Below, piece after piece: positions 8,974-19,156 of a DNA stretch of 58,691 bases; within the stretch, counting starts at the first letter, position 1; every line of letters begins with the position of its first letter. Below the pieces are notes generated by a model, which worked only from the letters and a program-made list of their open reading frames with translations, was not told the DNA's origin and searched no databases. This DNA comes from a virus. Taxonomy: Duplodnaviria; Caudoviricetes. The stretch covers positions 1-58,691 of IMG/VR virus record IMGVR_UViG_3300030060_004945, one strand, 5' to 3'. Made by a program: the position numbers and the translations under genes.

Positions 8974-9542
8974 TATATTTTGTAGACAATTTTGTAGATA
9001 AAGATTTATTTATTATAGCACAAAACTATCTTAATGATGGAGCTTTTGTAAAACATGTTTCTGGAGGAAAAGATTTTTATGTAAAAGAATCACCGAAAGA
9101 GTTTGACACTTATATACTAAATAAGATGTCTGAGATTGAGGGTAAAAAACTTCGTAATATATTGAGTTTTTTTAGAGAGTCTACGAATGAGTTGGATGTT
9201 ACTTGGAGGATACATTCAGACTTAAATATAGCTGGTGAAAAACCTGATCGTGCTTTGGTATTATATATGTCACCCAGAGAAAGAGAAGACCTTCATGGTA
9301 CAGCTCTATGGGAACACCACAAGTATGGCACAGAGATTCCTAAAAACATATCTAACGAAGATTATGATAAGATGATAAATGTTGATGCTGAGAACTTGGA
9401 TATGTGGAGATTGAGCTCTGTGGTTGGATACGAACAAAATAGAATTATATCTTATCCTTCAAGTTATTTCCATAGTAAATATCCAAATAAATCTTGGAAA
9501 GAAGGTCGTAGAGTTTATGTAATGTTTTATAAGTATGAATAA
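8970..9542 (+). CDS. 2OG-Fe(II) oxygenase superfamily protein
   Basis: HxD (RIHSD), LYMS, GTALW, NRIISY, distal His (YFHS) and Arg (GRRVYV). Confidence 0.75.
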   Translation: MIYFVDNFVDKDLFIIAQNYLNDGAFVKHVSGGKDFYVKESPKEFDTYILNKMSEIEGKKLRNILSFFRESTNELDVTWRIHSDLNIAGEKPDRALVLYMSPREREDLHGTALWEHHKYGTEIPKNISNEDYDKMINVDAENLDMWRLSSVVGYEQNRIISYPSSYFHSKYPNKSWKEGRRVYVMFYKYE

Positions 9543-9813
9543 TAAAGAGATAAGAGAAGAGATAATACAAGCCGGAGAAAAGGCTGTAAAGCAACTTATA
9601 AAGGTAGCAAAAGAAAATATTATTAAGCCAGACCCAAATGATGAGCTTGCTGCTGATAGATTAAAAAATGCGGCAGCCACTAAAAAGCTTTGTATATTTG
9701 ATGCGTTTGAGATATTGAAAAGAATCGAAGAAGAGAAGACGTTATTAGAAGGAGGAACATTAGAAGTTAAGAGTAATAAACCAAAGGGATTTGCCGAGTC
9801 AAGATCAAAATAA
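9535..9813 (+). CDS. Putative terminase small subunit
   Basis: Directly upstream of terL; LAADRLKNAAATKKL and GFAESRSK. Confidence 0.65.
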   Translation: MNNKEIREEIIQAGEKAVKQLIKVAKENIIKPDPNDELAADRLKNAAATKKLCIFDAFEILKRIEEEKTLLEGGTLEVKSNKPKGFAESRSK

Positions 9814-12034
9814 TTTATATAGGAAGTTAGATAAGTTTATTCCTAAGTCTGTTCTGGTAAACAAAAACAGAGCTAAGAGTTGGCTGTATGGATATAATCC
9901 TAAGTATGATGTTGTGGTTATTTCACGAAGTGGAGAGATTCAAGATGTGATAGAAATAAATGGATTAAAAATAGCTTTGCCAAAACCTCCAAAAGAAGTA
10001 CATTCAATATCCAAAAATAAAGCAGACCAATACTGGGAGCCTTTTGAATATAGTAAAGAGCTTTCAAGAATCAAATCTATATTCCAGTGGCACGAAACTC
10101 CAGATCAATTCAAATCTAAATGGGTTGATTATATAGAGCAAGAATTTGATAGAAGAGAATATGGCTTCTGGTTTATGAATAATGGAGAGCCTACCTACAT
10201 AACAGGAACCCATTACATGTATTTGCAATGGACTAAAATTGATGTGGGGCATCCTGACTTCAGAGAGGCAAATAGAATCTTTTACATATTCTGGGAAGCT
10301 TGCAAAGCAGACAAAAGAAGTTTCGGAATGTGTTATCTTAAGATTAGACGTTCTGGTTTTTCATTCATGAGTTCAAGCGAAGGTGTTAATATGGCTACCA
10401 TAACCAAAGATGCAAGGGTAGGTATATTATCTAAAACTGGTTCGGATGCAAAAAAAATGTTTACCGATAAAGTTGTTCCTATATCTAACAACTACCCATT
10501 CTTTTTCAAACCTATTCAGGATGGTATGGATAAACCCAAAACAGAACTTGCCTATCGTGTTCCAGCGTCCAAGATTACAAAAAAGAACATGTATCAAATA
10601 GAAGATACAGAATTAGAAGGTCTTGACACAACTATTGATTGGAAGAACACAGGAGACAACAGTTATGATGGTGAAAAATTAAGACTGCTATTACACGATG
10701 AAAGTGGTAAGTGGGAAAAGCCAGATAATATTTTAAATAACTGGAGGGTAACAAAAACTTGTTTAAGATTAGGTAGAAAGATTATAGGTAAATGTATGAT
10801 GGGTTCTACGTCAAATGCTTTAGATAAAGGAGGTAATAACTTCAAGGCTTTATACATGGATTCTGATCCAACCAAACGTAACTCTAACGGACAAACTAAA
10901 AGTGGACTGTATAATTTATTTATTCCAATGGAATGGAATATGGAGGGATTTATAGATAAATATGGAGCTCCTGTTCTTAGAACACCTATCGAACCTGTAA
11001 TTGGTATTGATGATGAATACATAGATATGGGGGCTGTTGATTATTGGGAAAATGAAGTTGAATCTTTATCTCAAGATCCTGATGCTTTGAATGAATATTA
11101 CAGGCAGTTTCCAAGATCTGAATCTCATGCGTTTAGAGACGAGAGTAAACAGTCTATATTTAACTTAACAAAAATATATCAGCAAATTGATTATAACGAT
11201 TCTTTAATTATGGATCATCACTTAACCAGGGGTTCTTTTCATTGGAAAGATGGAATAAAAGATTCTAAGGTTATATGGACACCAGATAGAAGAGGTAGGT
11301 TTTTAGTTAGCTGGACACCGCCACCAGGATTACAAAATCATGTTATTAAAAAGAATAATGGTAAATATCCGGGTAACGAACACATTGGTTGTTTTGGCTG
11401 TGACTCCTATGATATATCAGGGGTTGTCGTGGGCAAAGGCTCTAATGGTTCTTTGCATGGGTTAACAAAATTCAATATGGCTGAAGCTCCAAGTAATGAG
11501 TTTTTTTTAGAGTATATTGCCAGACCACAAACAGCTGAAATATTTTTTGAAGAAGTATTAATGGCTTGTATCTTTTATGGCATGCCTTTGCTGGCTGAGA
11601 ATAATAAACCTCGACTTCTTTATCATTTTAAAAACAGAGGTTATAGGGGTTTTTCAATGAACAGGCCTGATAAAGTGTATAATAAATTATCAAAAACAGA
11701 AAGAGAGTTAGGAGGTATTCCTAACACATCTGAAGATGTAAAGCAATCACACGCAGCCGCTATAGAATCCTATATTGAAAAATATGTAGGTATGGATTTA
11801 GACGGTTCTTTCAGAGAACAAGATGATATGGGATCAATGTTATTTATGAAGACTCTGGAGGACTGGGCTAAGTTTGATATAAGCAATCGAACTAAGTTTG
11901 ATGCGGCTATAAGCTCAGGGTTAGCAATTATGGCTAATCAGAAATACTTATACACACCTTCTAAACAAAAATCAAAAATAAGTATTAACTTTGCAAGATA
12001 CAACAATAGTAGCAGTATTAGTCAAATAATATGA
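9791..12034 (+). CDS. terL: Terminase large subunit
   Basis: Walker A-like KIRRSGFS, Walker B LLHDESGKW, GST coupling motif, nuclease GCDSYD and C-terminal FDAAISSG. Confidence 0.9.
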   Translation: MPSQDQNNLYRKLDKFIPKSVLVNKNRAKSWLYGYNPKYDVVVISRSGEIQDVIEINGLKIALPKPPKEVHSISKNKADQYWEPFEYSKELSRIKSIFQWHETPDQFKSKWVDYIEQEFDRREYGFWFMNNGEPTYITGTHYMYLQWTKIDVGHPDFREANRIFYIFWEACKADKRSFGMCYLKIRRSGFSFMSSSEGVNMATITKDARVGILSKTGSDAKKMFTDKVVPISNNYPFFFKPIQDGMDKPKTELAYRVPASKITKKNMYQIEDTELEGLDTTIDWKNTGDNSYDGEKLRLLLHDESGKWEKPDNILNNWRVTKTCLRLGRKIIGKCMMGSTSNALDKGGNNFKALYMDSDPTKRNSNGQTKSGLYNLFIPMEWNMEGFIDKYGAPVLRTPIEPVIGIDDEYIDMGAVDYWENEVESLSQDPDALNEYYRQFPRSESHAFRDESKQSIFNLTKIYQQIDYNDSLIMDHHLTRGSFHWKDGIKDSKVIWTPDRRGRFLVSWTPPPGLQNHVIKKNNGKYPGNEHIGCFGCDSYDISGVVVGKGSNGSLHGLTKFNMAEAPSNEFFLEYIARPQTAEIFFEEVLMACIFYGMPLLAENNKPRLLYHFKNRGYRGFSMNRPDKVYNKLSKTERELGGIPNTSEDVKQSHAAAIESYIEKYVGMDLDGSFREQDDMGSMLFMKTLEDWAKFDISNRTKFDAAISSGLAIMANQKYLYTPSKQKSKISINFARYNNSSSISQII

Positions 12035-14466
12035 AAGGAATCCAAGTAGACATTAAAGCGGCAACCTTTCCAGATCAGTTTGCGTCCGATAAAGATAAGG
12101 CCACAGAAGAGTTTGGATTACAAGTAGGTCAAGCAATACAATATGAATGGTTTAGAAGAGACGGGATGTCTTGTCGTTTCTATAGCCAATTTTTAGAATT
12201 TCACAAATTAAGATTATACGCTCGTGGAGAGCAATCTATAGCTAAGTATAAAAATGAGTTAGCGATAGATGGAGATTTATCTTATCTTAACTTAGACTGG
12301 ACGCCTGTCCCTATTATACCTAAGTTTGTTGACATTGTTGTAAACGGAATGTCTGACAGATTGTTTGACGTTAAGTGCTACGCTCAAGACGCTCTTTCTG
12401 CTGAAAAAAGAAATGAGTTCCAAAACATGGTTCAGGACAACATGATTGCAGCTCCCTTATTTCACCAGATTCAAAAAGACTTTGGTGTTAATCCATTTGA
12501 AGTAGATCCAGGGGAGCTTCCTGAAAACGATACAGAGATGGAATTATATATGCAGATGAATTACAAACCATCTGTAGAGATAGCTAATGAAGTAGCTATT
12601 AACACTATGCTTGATGAAAGTCATTATAGTGAAACCAGAAAAAGAGTTGACTATGATATTACAACTTTAGGTTTAGGTGTTTGTAAGCATACATTTCAGG
12701 AGGGTGACGGAATCCGTGTGGAGTATGTAGACCCAGCAAACGTGGTTTACAGCTATACTGAAGACCCTTATTTTAAAGATTGTTTCTATTGGGGTGAAGT
12801 TAAGAATGTTCCTATTACAGAGCTATTAAAAATAAACCCTGATCTTACTGAGGATGATTTAAGAGAAATATCACAGTACAGTCAGGCTTGGTACAACTAT
12901 TATAATGTTGGTCAGATATATGCAAACAGTATGTTTGCTAAAGACACTTGTACGTTGCTATATTTTAATTACAAAACAACAAACAGTTTTGTATATAAGA
13001 AAAAGCAAATGAATGATGGAAGTTTTAAAACTGTAGAAAAAGATGATCAGTTTAATCCTCCACAAGAGATGCAAGAAGAAGGTTCTTTTGAAAAAGTTGA
13101 AAAAAGAATAGACGTTTGGTATGACGGAGTGATGGTCATGGGCACCAACTTCCTGTTAAAATGGGATATGATGAAAAATATGGTTAGACCAAATTCGGCT
13201 AATCAGTTTGCTATGTCTAATTATGTGGCTTGTGCTCCAAGAATGTATAAGGGAGTGGTTGAGTCATTAGTAAAAAGAATGATTCCTTTTGCAGACCTTA
13301 TTCAAATAACACACTTAAAAATACAACAAGTTGTAAACAGAGTTGTTCCAGATGGTGTATTTATTGACGCTGATGGATTAAACGAAGTAGATTTAGGTAC
13401 AGGAAATGCTTACAATCCAGAAGATGCTTTAAGATTATATTTCCAGACAGGTTCTGTTGTAGGTAGAAGTTATACTCAAGACGGTGAGTTTAATAATGCT
13501 AAGGTTCCTATTTCACAGTTAACATCCAATAGTGGTGCTTCTAAAATGCAAATGCTTATTGGTAATTATAATCATTACCTTAATATGATTAGATCTGTGA
13601 CAGGACTTAATGAAGCACGTGATGGTTCAACTCCAGATCCTAACTCTTTAGTTGGAGTTCAAAAACTTGCGGCTTTAAATTCTAACACCGCTACAAGACA
13701 CATATTAGATGGTAGTTTATTTATTACTAAAACATTAGCGGAGGCTTTATCACTAAGAATCGCTGACGTATTAGAATATGCAGACTTCAAAGATGAGTTT
13801 GCAATGCAGATAGGTAAATATAACTTAGGTATATTGGAAAAGATAAAAAATCTTTACATATATGACTTTGGTATATTTATTGAGATGTCTCCAGACGAAG
13901 AGCAAAAAGCATTGCTTGAGCAAAACATTCAAATGGCACTATCTCAAAAAGATATTAGTTTAGAGGATGCTATTGATATTAGAGAGATGAAAAACCTTAA
14001 GATGGCTAATCAGCTTCTTAAAGTTAAGAGAAAGCAGAATGCAGCTCAAAAGCAGCAGATGGAGGCTCAAAAACAACAGATGGCAGCTCAAGGTCAAATG
14101 CAGGTTCAACAGGCAGCTGCTCAAACAGCTATGCAGAAAATGCAAGCTGAAACACAATCTAAAATGCAGATAGCACAAGCTCAAGCAGCTATGGCTATTG
14201 AAAAAATGAAAAATGAAGCAGCATTAAAACAACAGTTAATGCAGGTTGAATTTAATTACAATATGCAGTTGAAAGGTATGGAGCAGTCTCAGATGGATTC
14301 TCGTGAAGAAATGCGTGAAGAGGGTAAGTCCAAAAGGATAAGTCAGGCAAATACAGAACAGTCTAAATTGATACAGCAGAGAAAAAATAACACATCTCCT
14401 ATAAACTTTGAATCTAACGAAGATAGTTTAGATGGGTTTGATTTCTCTGAGTTTAACCCTCGATAA
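12031..14466 (+). CDS. Portal protein
   Basis: 811 aa after terL; DWTPVPIIPKFVD; Q-rich C-terminal barrel as in podovirus portals. Confidence 0.85.
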   Translation: MKGIQVDIKAATFPDQFASDKDKATEEFGLQVGQAIQYEWFRRDGMSCRFYSQFLEFHKLRLYARGEQSIAKYKNELAIDGDLSYLNLDWTPVPIIPKFVDIVVNGMSDRLFDVKCYAQDALSAEKRNEFQNMVQDNMIAAPLFHQIQKDFGVNPFEVDPGELPENDTEMELYMQMNYKPSVEIANEVAINTMLDESHYSETRKRVDYDITTLGLGVCKHTFQEGDGIRVEYVDPANVVYSYTEDPYFKDCFYWGEVKNVPITELLKINPDLTEDDLREISQYSQAWYNYYNVGQIYANSMFAKDTCTLLYFNYKTTNSFVYKKKQMNDGSFKTVEKDDQFNPPQEMQEEGSFEKVEKRIDVWYDGVMVMGTNFLLKWDMMKNMVRPNSANQFAMSNYVACAPRMYKGVVESLVKRMIPFADLIQITHLKIQQVVNRVVPDGVFIDADGLNEVDLGTGNAYNPEDALRLYFQTGSVVGRSYTQDGEFNNAKVPISQLTSNSGASKMQMLIGNYNHYLNMIRSVTGLNEARDGSTPDPNSLVGVQKLAALNSNTATRHILDGSLFITKTLAEALSLRIADVLEYADFKDEFAMQIGKYNLGILEKIKNLYIYDFGIFIEMSPDEEQKALLEQNIQMALSQKDISLEDAIDIREMKNLKMANQLLKVKRKQNAAQKQQMEAQKQQMAAQGQMQVQQAAAQTAMQKMQAETQSKMQIAQAQAAMAIEKMKNEAALKQQLMQVEFNYNMQLKGMEQSQMDSREEMREEGKSKRISQANTEQSKLIQQRKNNTSPINFESNEDSLDGFDFSEFNPR

Positions 14467-14496
14467 TAGGGCTAAAACAAATAAATAAATAAGTAG

Positions 14497-14504
14497 TAAA
14501 TTTG
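14497..14504 (+). promoter_or_regulatory. -7 promoter element TAAATTTG (head operon)
   Basis: Intergenic TAnnTTTG. Confidence 0.6.
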
Positions 14505-14525
14505 TAAAAAATTAAATTTAATAAA

Positions 14526-15671
14526 ATGGAAAACAACGAAACACCTAAATTCACAGTAAAATCTGTGGAAGCGGTTGAAGAAAAATCAACTCAACAAGTT
14601 GAACAAGAACTTCTTAATAAACATGAGGAGTCTTTAAATGTTGAGGAGTCTTCACCGGAGACTGATAAAGTAGAGGTAAGTAGCAATACTGAAACTACTA
14701 CAGAAACTAAAGAAGAGCCACAAGAGCAATCAGGTGGTTTAGAAGATAAAGATGTTCTTGATTATATCAAGAATAGATATAACAAAGAAATAAATTCTGT
14801 TGAAGATTTATTTGCTCAAAGAGAGGAAAATGAAGAATTACCAGAAGATGTTTCAGCGTTCTTTAAATATAAAAAAGAAACAGGAAGAGGTATCCAGGAT
14901 TACATGAACCTTCAAAAGGATTATGATGAAATGGAAGCTGATTCTGTTATTGCTAACTATTACGCTCAGACTGAAGAAGGTTTAGATGAGATCGATATTC
15001 AAGATCTTATGGATGACAGATTCGGTTATGAAGAGGATGTTGATGATGAAAGAGATATCAAAAAGCGTAAGTTAGCACACAAACGAGAACTTGCGAAAGC
15101 GAAAAAGTTCTTCAAGGAGCAACAAGAACAATTTAGAATCCCTCTTGAGTCAAGTGGGGAGGCTGGTTCACCGGAGCAAAGAGAAGAGTTTAATCGTTAC
15201 AAAAGTTATGTAGAGGACTCCCAAACTCGTGAGGAGCAAATGAAAAAGAGGTATGACTGGTTTGTTGATAAAAGCCAAGAGGTTTTTAGCAGTGATTTTG
15301 AAGGTTTTGATTTTACTGTCAACGACAAACAATATACCTACAAACCTGGTGACGGTCAGGAATTATTCAACAGACAGAAGGATGTAAATAATTTTATACA
15401 ACCTTATTTAGATTCTGAGACTGGAATGATGAAAGACGCCCAAGGATACCATAGAGCAATGTCAATTGCTATGAATCCTGAAAGGTTTGCTAAATTTTTC
15501 TATGAGCAAGGTAAAGCGGAAGCTATTGATGATGTTTCTAAAAAATCAAAAAACATTGATATGGTTCGCAAAGCCCCTCAGTCTATGAATAAGAACGGAC
15601 TTAAGATCCGTGCTATTGGAGACACAAGTAGTGGAAAGGGCCTCAAGATAAAAAGTATTAAAAAAGTTTAA
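14526..15671 (+). CDS. Putative capsid scaffolding protein
   Basis: Acidic helical protein between portal and capsid genes; FFYEQGKAEA. Confidence 0.7.
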   Translation: MENNETPKFTVKSVEAVEEKSTQQVEQELLNKHEESLNVEESSPETDKVEVSSNTETTTETKEEPQEQSGGLEDKDVLDYIKNRYNKEINSVEDLFAQREENEELPEDVSAFFKYKKETGRGIQDYMNLQKDYDEMEADSVIANYYAQTEEGLDEIDIQDLMDDRFGYEEDVDDERDIKKRKLAHKRELAKAKKFFKEQQEQFRIPLESSGEAGSPEQREEFNRYKSYVEDSQTREEQMKKRYDWFVDKSQEVFSSDFEGFDFTVNDKQYTYKPGDGQELFNRQKDVNNFIQPYLDSETGMMKDAQGYHRAMSIAMNPERFAKFFYEQGKAEAIDDVSKKSKNIDMVRKAPQSMNKNGLKIRAIGDTSSGKGLKIKSIKKV

Positions 15672-15689
15672 CATTAAAAATTTAAAACG

Positions 15690-17141
15690 ATGGCTGTAAA
15701 TCCAACTCCAGGTTTTAACTTAATCCCATCTGCGGAAAGAGTTCCAACCTCATCAAATTACATTACCAACTTTGACTTTTTAAATCAGTATCTTCCTGAT
15801 ACTTATGAAAAAGAGTTTGAAAGATATGGTAATAGATCAGTTTCTTCATTCTTAAGAATGGTAGGAGCTGAAATGCCTACTAACTCTGACATGATCAAAT
15901 GGGCAGAGCAAGGTAGATTACACATTAAATATGTACAATGTACATCAGCAGCAGCTGCTGCACAAGATGTTGCTACATGGACAATCGGTGACAACCTTAC
16001 TCCTGTTATTCCAGGTGGAGGTACTACTACTGCTGGTCAAGGTGGTATAGCACTAAGAACAGGTCAAACAGTGATGATTTCAGATAACACTGCTGGTTCT
16101 AACCTTACTAACAAAGCTGTTATTACTAATGTAGATTATGCTGCTGGTACTATTGATGTAGCTTACTACGAAGCTGGTGGTCAAACAATGGCTAATGCTG
16201 TTCAATGTACTATCTGGATCTACGGATCTGAGTTCAAGAAAGGAACTCAAGGTATGGTTGAATCATTAGAATCTGATGACTTCATCTTCGACAACAAGCC
16301 TATTATCATCAAAGATAAGTACGCTGTTAACGGTTCTGACATGGCTCAAATCGGATGGATCGAGATTACTTCTGAAGACGGTGCTTCAGGTTACCTATGG
16401 TACATGAAGTCTGAGCACGACACAAGACTTCGTTTCGAAGACTACTTAGAGACTGCTATGATCGAAGCTGTTCCTGCTGAAGTAGGTTCAGGAGCTATTG
16501 CTTCATTAGGTCAAGCTGGTGTAGCTGGTTCTGCTGGTTCTGAAGGAGTATTTTACTCAGTACAGCAAAGAGGTAATGTATACGGTGGTGGAAACCCTGT
16601 AGCATTAGCTGACTTTGATGCTGTAATTCAGAGATTAGATAAGCAAGGTTCTATTGAAGAAAATGTAATCTTTGTTAACCGCCAGTTCGGTTTCGACATT
16701 GACGATATGTTAGCTGCTCAAAACTCTTACGGAGCGGGCGGTACTTCATATGGTTTATTCGATAACGATGAAGAAATGGCTCTAAACTTAGGTTTCACTG
16801 GATTCAGAAGAGGTTATGACTTCTACAAGTCTGACTGGAAATACCTTAACGATCCTACAATGAGAGGTGGTTTAACTGCTGGTGCAATCAACGGACTTAT
16901 GGTTCCTGCTGGTTCTACTACAGTTTATGACCAAATCTTAGGTAAGAACGCTAAGCGTCCATTCTTACACGTAAGATATAGAGCTTCTGAAACTGAAGAT
17001 AGAAGAATGAAAACTTGGATCACTGGTTCTGCTGGTGGAGCAAGAACATCTTCTTTAGATGCGATGGAAGTTAACTTCTTGAGTGAAAGATGTGTATGTA
17101 CTTTAGGTGCAAACAACTTCTTCATCTTCCAAGATGCTTAA
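15690..17141 (+). CDS. Major capsid protein
   Basis: 483 aa, strongly biased codons, followed by a terminator; QYLPD..EKEFERYG and WAEQGRLH motifs. Confidence 0.85.
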   Translation: MAVNPTPGFNLIPSAERVPTSSNYITNFDFLNQYLPDTYEKEFERYGNRSVSSFLRMVGAEMPTNSDMIKWAEQGRLHIKYVQCTSAAAAAQDVATWTIGDNLTPVIPGGGTTTAGQGGIALRTGQTVMISDNTAGSNLTNKAVITNVDYAAGTIDVAYYEAGGQTMANAVQCTIWIYGSEFKKGTQGMVESLESDDFIFDNKPIIIKDKYAVNGSDMAQIGWIEITSEDGASGYLWYMKSEHDTRLRFEDYLETAMIEAVPAEVGSGAIASLGQAGVAGSAGSEGVFYSVQQRGNVYGGGNPVALADFDAVIQRLDKQGSIEENVIFVNRQFGFDIDDMLAAQNSYGAGGTSYGLFDNDEEMALNLGFTGFRRGYDFYKSDWKYLNDPTMRGGLTAGAINGLMVPAGSTTVYDQILGKNAKRPFLHVRYRASETEDRRMKTWITGSAGGARTSSLDAMEVNFLSERCVCTLGANNFFIFQDA

Positions 17142-17152
17142 TAAATGATTGA

Positions 17153-17182
17153 GAGGAGGGGGTAACCCCTCCCTCTTTTTTT
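17153..17182 (+). terminator. Intrinsic terminator
   Basis: GAGGAGGGG-GTAA-CCCCTCCCTC followed by a T run. Confidence 0.85.
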
Positions 17183-17205
17183 AACTTTAATTTAATTATA
17201 ATAAA

Positions 17206-17952
17206 ATGAAAACTAAAAAGATTTATGTCGATAAGACATACAGACTAAAAAGAGAAGCAGCGCCACTTACCTTTATGCTGTCTTCTCATAATACCAGAAG
17301 AAAACCCCTTTTACATTTTGATGAAGACACTGGAACAAACCGAGCTCTTCGTTATGCAAGAAATCAAAAGAGTCCGTTTGAGGACGAGCAAGATGGTAAT
17401 GCTATATTAGAGCCTGTAATTTTTGAAGATGGGATGTTACACGTTCCAAAAAACAATCAAGTATTACAAGAGTTCTTATATTATCATCCATCAAGAGATT
17501 CTATTTACGAAGAAGTTAACAATGAAAGAGATGCCGCTGAAGATGTAGAGGTATTAGAGCAAGAGTTAAATGCTCAGATTATAGCTTCTGAGTTAGAGTT
17601 TGATAAAATGCTTTCTGTATCAAGAGTATTATTAGGTGGTAGATCAGAGCTTCTTAGCACTTCTGAGCTTAAAAGAGATATACTTCTTTTTGCTAAGAGA
17701 GATCCTTATACTTTCTTAGAAGTTGTAAATGATCCTGATCTTGAGTTTGAAGATGAAGTTAGACAGTTCTTTACAGAAAAACTTCTTTCTTTTAGAAACA
17801 AGAAAAAAGATGTTTACTTTAACTTGCCTGGAAACAAAACCAAAATGTTAACCATACCATTTGGAGAAGATCCATACCACGTTGTGGCTTCGTATCTTAA
17901 GACAGATGAAGGTGTTGACGTATACAAGGGGCTGGTTAAGAAGATAAAATAA
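17206..17952 (+). CDS. Conserved hypothetical protein downstream of the capsid gene
   Basis: RALRYARNQKSPFEDEQ and IFEDGMLHVP motifs. Confidence 0.75.
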   Translation: MKTKKIYVDKTYRLKREAAPLTFMLSSHNTRRKPLLHFDEDTGTNRALRYARNQKSPFEDEQDGNAILEPVIFEDGMLHVPKNNQVLQEFLYYHPSRDSIYEEVNNERDAAEDVEVLEQELNAQIIASELEFDKMLSVSRVLLGGRSELLSTSELKRDILLFAKRDPYTFLEVVNDPDLEFEDEVRQFFTEKLLSFRNKKKDVYFNLPGNKTKMLTIPFGEDPYHVVASYLKTDEGVDVYKGLVKKIK

Positions 17953-17957
17953 ATAGC

Positions 17958-17965
17958 TATCTTTG
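17958..17965 (+). promoter_or_regulatory. -7 promoter element TATCTTTG
   Basis: TAnnTTTG; implies the real start is ATG 17996, not TTG 17963. Confidence 0.65.
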
Positions 17966-17995
17966 CTTTTTATTAACCCATTAAATTTTTTAACA

Positions 17996-18271
17996 ATGGA
18001 CAAATTTTTATCAGTGCCTGTAACAGGCCAAACAAACTTCTTAGTTAGCGTTTCGGATGTAATCGCTGTAACAAGAACAAGTGGTACAGAGACTATTATC
18101 ACTTACAACAGTGGAAATACAGCGACATTTACACATGCTGCTGAAGGTTTTACTAATGAAATGAGAGACTCTTTGCAAAACGCTATGACTTTAGCATTGC
18201 AAACTTCTTGGACAAATGTGGTTGCAGACTATGTTCCAGCAAAAGCGGTTTCTGCAATAGCAATAGCGTAA
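17996..18271 (+). CDS. Small putative capsid decoration protein
   Basis: MDKFLSVPVTG...; paralogous to the termini of the next gene. Confidence 0.65.
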   Translation: MDKFLSVPVTGQTNFLVSVSDVIAVTRTSGTETIITYNSGNTATFTHAAEGFTNEMRDSLQNAMTLALQTSWTNVVADYVPAKAVSAIAIA

Positions 18272-18275
18272 TATA

Positions 18276-19076
18276 ATGGCAAAGTATGTAAGCGTACAAG
18301 TTCCTATTTTAGCCGGCTCTACTGCAACAGGGCCAGCTATAAAAGATAGTGGAACTACCGATGCTGCGGTAGCAGGAAAATTGACTCAGAGTGGTCAAAA
18401 CTTTCTTACTACAGTAGTGGTGGGTGATGTTGTATTTATTAACGCAAGTGGTGTTTCAGGACACCCAATAAGACAATCTGCTACAGTTACTGCTGTAGAT
18501 AGTGACACTGCATTAAGCCTTTCAGGAGCTGCTCTTCCTGCAACAGGTACAGGTGGATTATCTGCTTCAGGTACTGCTTATGCAATTGTTGCTGCCGCTG
18601 ATGTTAAAAAAGCTGAACTATCAGGTGGAGGCTTTTTAGGAGTGGTAGAGGCTGGAGACATGCTTGTAAATACTACTACAAACCGAAACATTGTTATTTC
18701 AAAAGTTGTTAGCAACACTGAACTTGAGCTTTCTCAAGCTGGTGGCGTTATTAACGGAGATAACTTTTTTGTTTTATCAGACAGAGAAACTGCTGGTAAC
18801 AGAAAGGTTAGAGTTGACAATGCTACGTTAATTAGAGGTAATGCCGCTAATGGACAATTAACTGTTCACTACAAAAGAGGTGCTACCAACCAAAAATTAG
18901 CAATGGATTTAGGAGACGCTCCTTCCGCTGCTTTTGACGTTTTCTCTACTGAATTTAAAAAGAAAGCAGAGTTAGCGTTACAAGACAATTGGAGAGAGGT
19001 TTCTATTACAATGCCTTATGTATCTTCAGACGGTACTCAAGGTATTCAGTGGATCTCAACATTCACATTCTCTTAA
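18276..19076 (+). CDS. Putative structural/decoration protein with an internally duplicated domain
   Basis: Two F(L)..V..GD.(V/L)..N units between termini that resemble 17996-18271. Confidence 0.65.
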   Translation: MAKYVSVQVPILAGSTATGPAIKDSGTTDAAVAGKLTQSGQNFLTTVVVGDVVFINASGVSGHPIRQSATVTAVDSDTALSLSGAALPATGTGGLSASGTAYAIVAAADVKKAELSGGGFLGVVEAGDMLVNTTTNRNIVISKVVSNTELELSQAGGVINGDNFFVLSDRETAGNRKVRVDNATLIRGNAANGQLTVHYKRGATNQKLAMDLGDAPSAAFDVFSTEFKKKAELALQDNWREVSITMPYVSSDGTQGIQWISTFTFS

Positions 19077-19094
19077 TCGAGAAATACTTGTTTT

Positions 19095-19131
19095 AAGAGA
19101 GGCTCTAAAAAATTAGGGCCTCTTTTTTTTT
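19095..19131 (+). terminator. Intrinsic terminator
   Basis: GAGGCTCTAA...TTAGGGCCTC followed by T9. Confidence 0.8.
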
Positions 19132-19133
19132 GT

Positions 19134-19141
19134 TATCTTTG
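19134..19141 (+). promoter_or_regulatory. -7 promoter element TATCTTTG (tail operon)
   Basis: TAnnTTTG right after the terminator. Confidence 0.65.
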
Positions 19142-19156
19142 TAGAAAGTTTTTTTT

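Noticed and set aside
9791-9813. terS-terL frameshift fusion
   Set aside because: The overlap is adequately explained by a TTG start with an upstream purine stretch; no convincing slippery site or stimulator.
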